From a bacterium (GTDB lineage Bacteria > Bdellovibrionota_B > Oligoflexia > Oligoflexales > RGVZ01), in NCBI GenBank assembly GCA_037134655.1, contig JBAXLR010000001.1:4294-68293 (forward strand): a stretch of 64,000 nt of DNA, read 5' to 3'. A program made the position numbers and the translations under genes. The notes under the pieces were generated by a model. That model was not told where the DNA came from. It did not search any database and worked only from the letters and a program-made list of their open reading frames with translations. Position 1 is the first letter of the stretch; each line of letters begins with the position of its first letter. Of this stretch, positions 63,681 through 64,000 are shown in pieces.

Positions 63681-64000
63681 TCATAATTCCATCGCTGCAC
63701 ATCTAAGCTCCTTCACGATTCGCGCTGGTACAACTTGCTTGACAATAACCCAGCCATCTGCGCAAGACAAAGTCCCGCAACCACTTTCAAAATTCTCATT
63801 CGTCATGGTCGCTTCGACCTCGATCCAATGACCGCTTGTATCCTTACGACCGCAGCCCTCCACGTAGAGTTTTTTTTCCTTTTTTTGCTTTTTTTTCTTA
63901 GATTTCTGCTCGCTGTGTGGGACTTTCACCTTCTGTTCAGTTGTACCCGAGCTGACGGGCTGATCACCGGATACTGCCTTAGAGCCGTCAGCAATGACGC
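63681..64000 (-). CDS. paralog 2 of the 4-Cys lipoprotein (5' end beyond the window)
   Basis: The frame stays open from 63929 to the window edge and encodes VIADGSKAVSGDQPVSSGTTEQK, matching paralog 1. The C-terminal part is YVEGCG...CGTLSCADGWVIVKQVVPAR...C..EL. Confidence 0.55.
   Translation of the reverse strand, partial: VIADGSKAVSGDQPVSSGTTEQKVKVPHSEQKSKKKKQKKEKKLYVEGCGRKDTSGHWIEVEATMTNENFESGCGTLSCADGWVIVKQVVPARIVKELRCAAMEL

Noticed and set aside
1-64000. CRISPR arrays, transposases, integrases, toxin-antitoxin or known defence-system genes
   Set aside because: Reading the intergenic regions showed no regularly spaced direct repeats. None of the ORF translations show transposase DDE, tyrosine or serine recombinase, Cas, or typical defence ATPase/nuclease motifs.

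Overview
This is a bacterial chromosomal window of moderate GC content with dense coding on both strands. The many secreted hydrolases, lipoproteins and PilZ or response-regulator proteins, plus a tmRNA tag ending NEYALAA, suggest a Bdellovibrio/Oligoflexia-like organism; this is a low-confidence inference. Housekeeping anchors are ssrA (tmRNA, 2915-3269), thrS, mscL, a P-type ATPase, a glutathione peroxidase, an M13 peptidase and an S8 protease. The main accessory content is a roughly 17-kb block at 33.7-50.0 kb. It holds a DabB/DabA inorganic-carbon pump and a xanthorhodopsin-type rhodopsin (DTE motif, with Gly at the carotenoid-fenestration position). It also holds the full retinal pathway: crtE, crtI, crtB and a fused CrtY-Blh. 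Next to these are genes expected for a keto-carotenoid glycoside fatty-acid ester of the salinixanthin/myxobacton type: crtW, cruF-like, a GT2 and an acyltransferase. Other loci worth a look: a di-haem peroxidase paired with a beta-helix/cytochrome c fusion (30.4-33.0 kb); a four-gene signalling block (54.9-62.1 kb) bracketed by a perfect 22-bp direct repeat; an orphan 3' half of a tRNA-Met gene (62117-62166), a possible att remnant; and, to its right, tandemly duplicated Cys-containing lipoprotein genes translationally coupled to an unassigned helical protein. I saw no CRISPR array, transposase or integrase. All family calls come from motifs recognised by eye, not from database searches.
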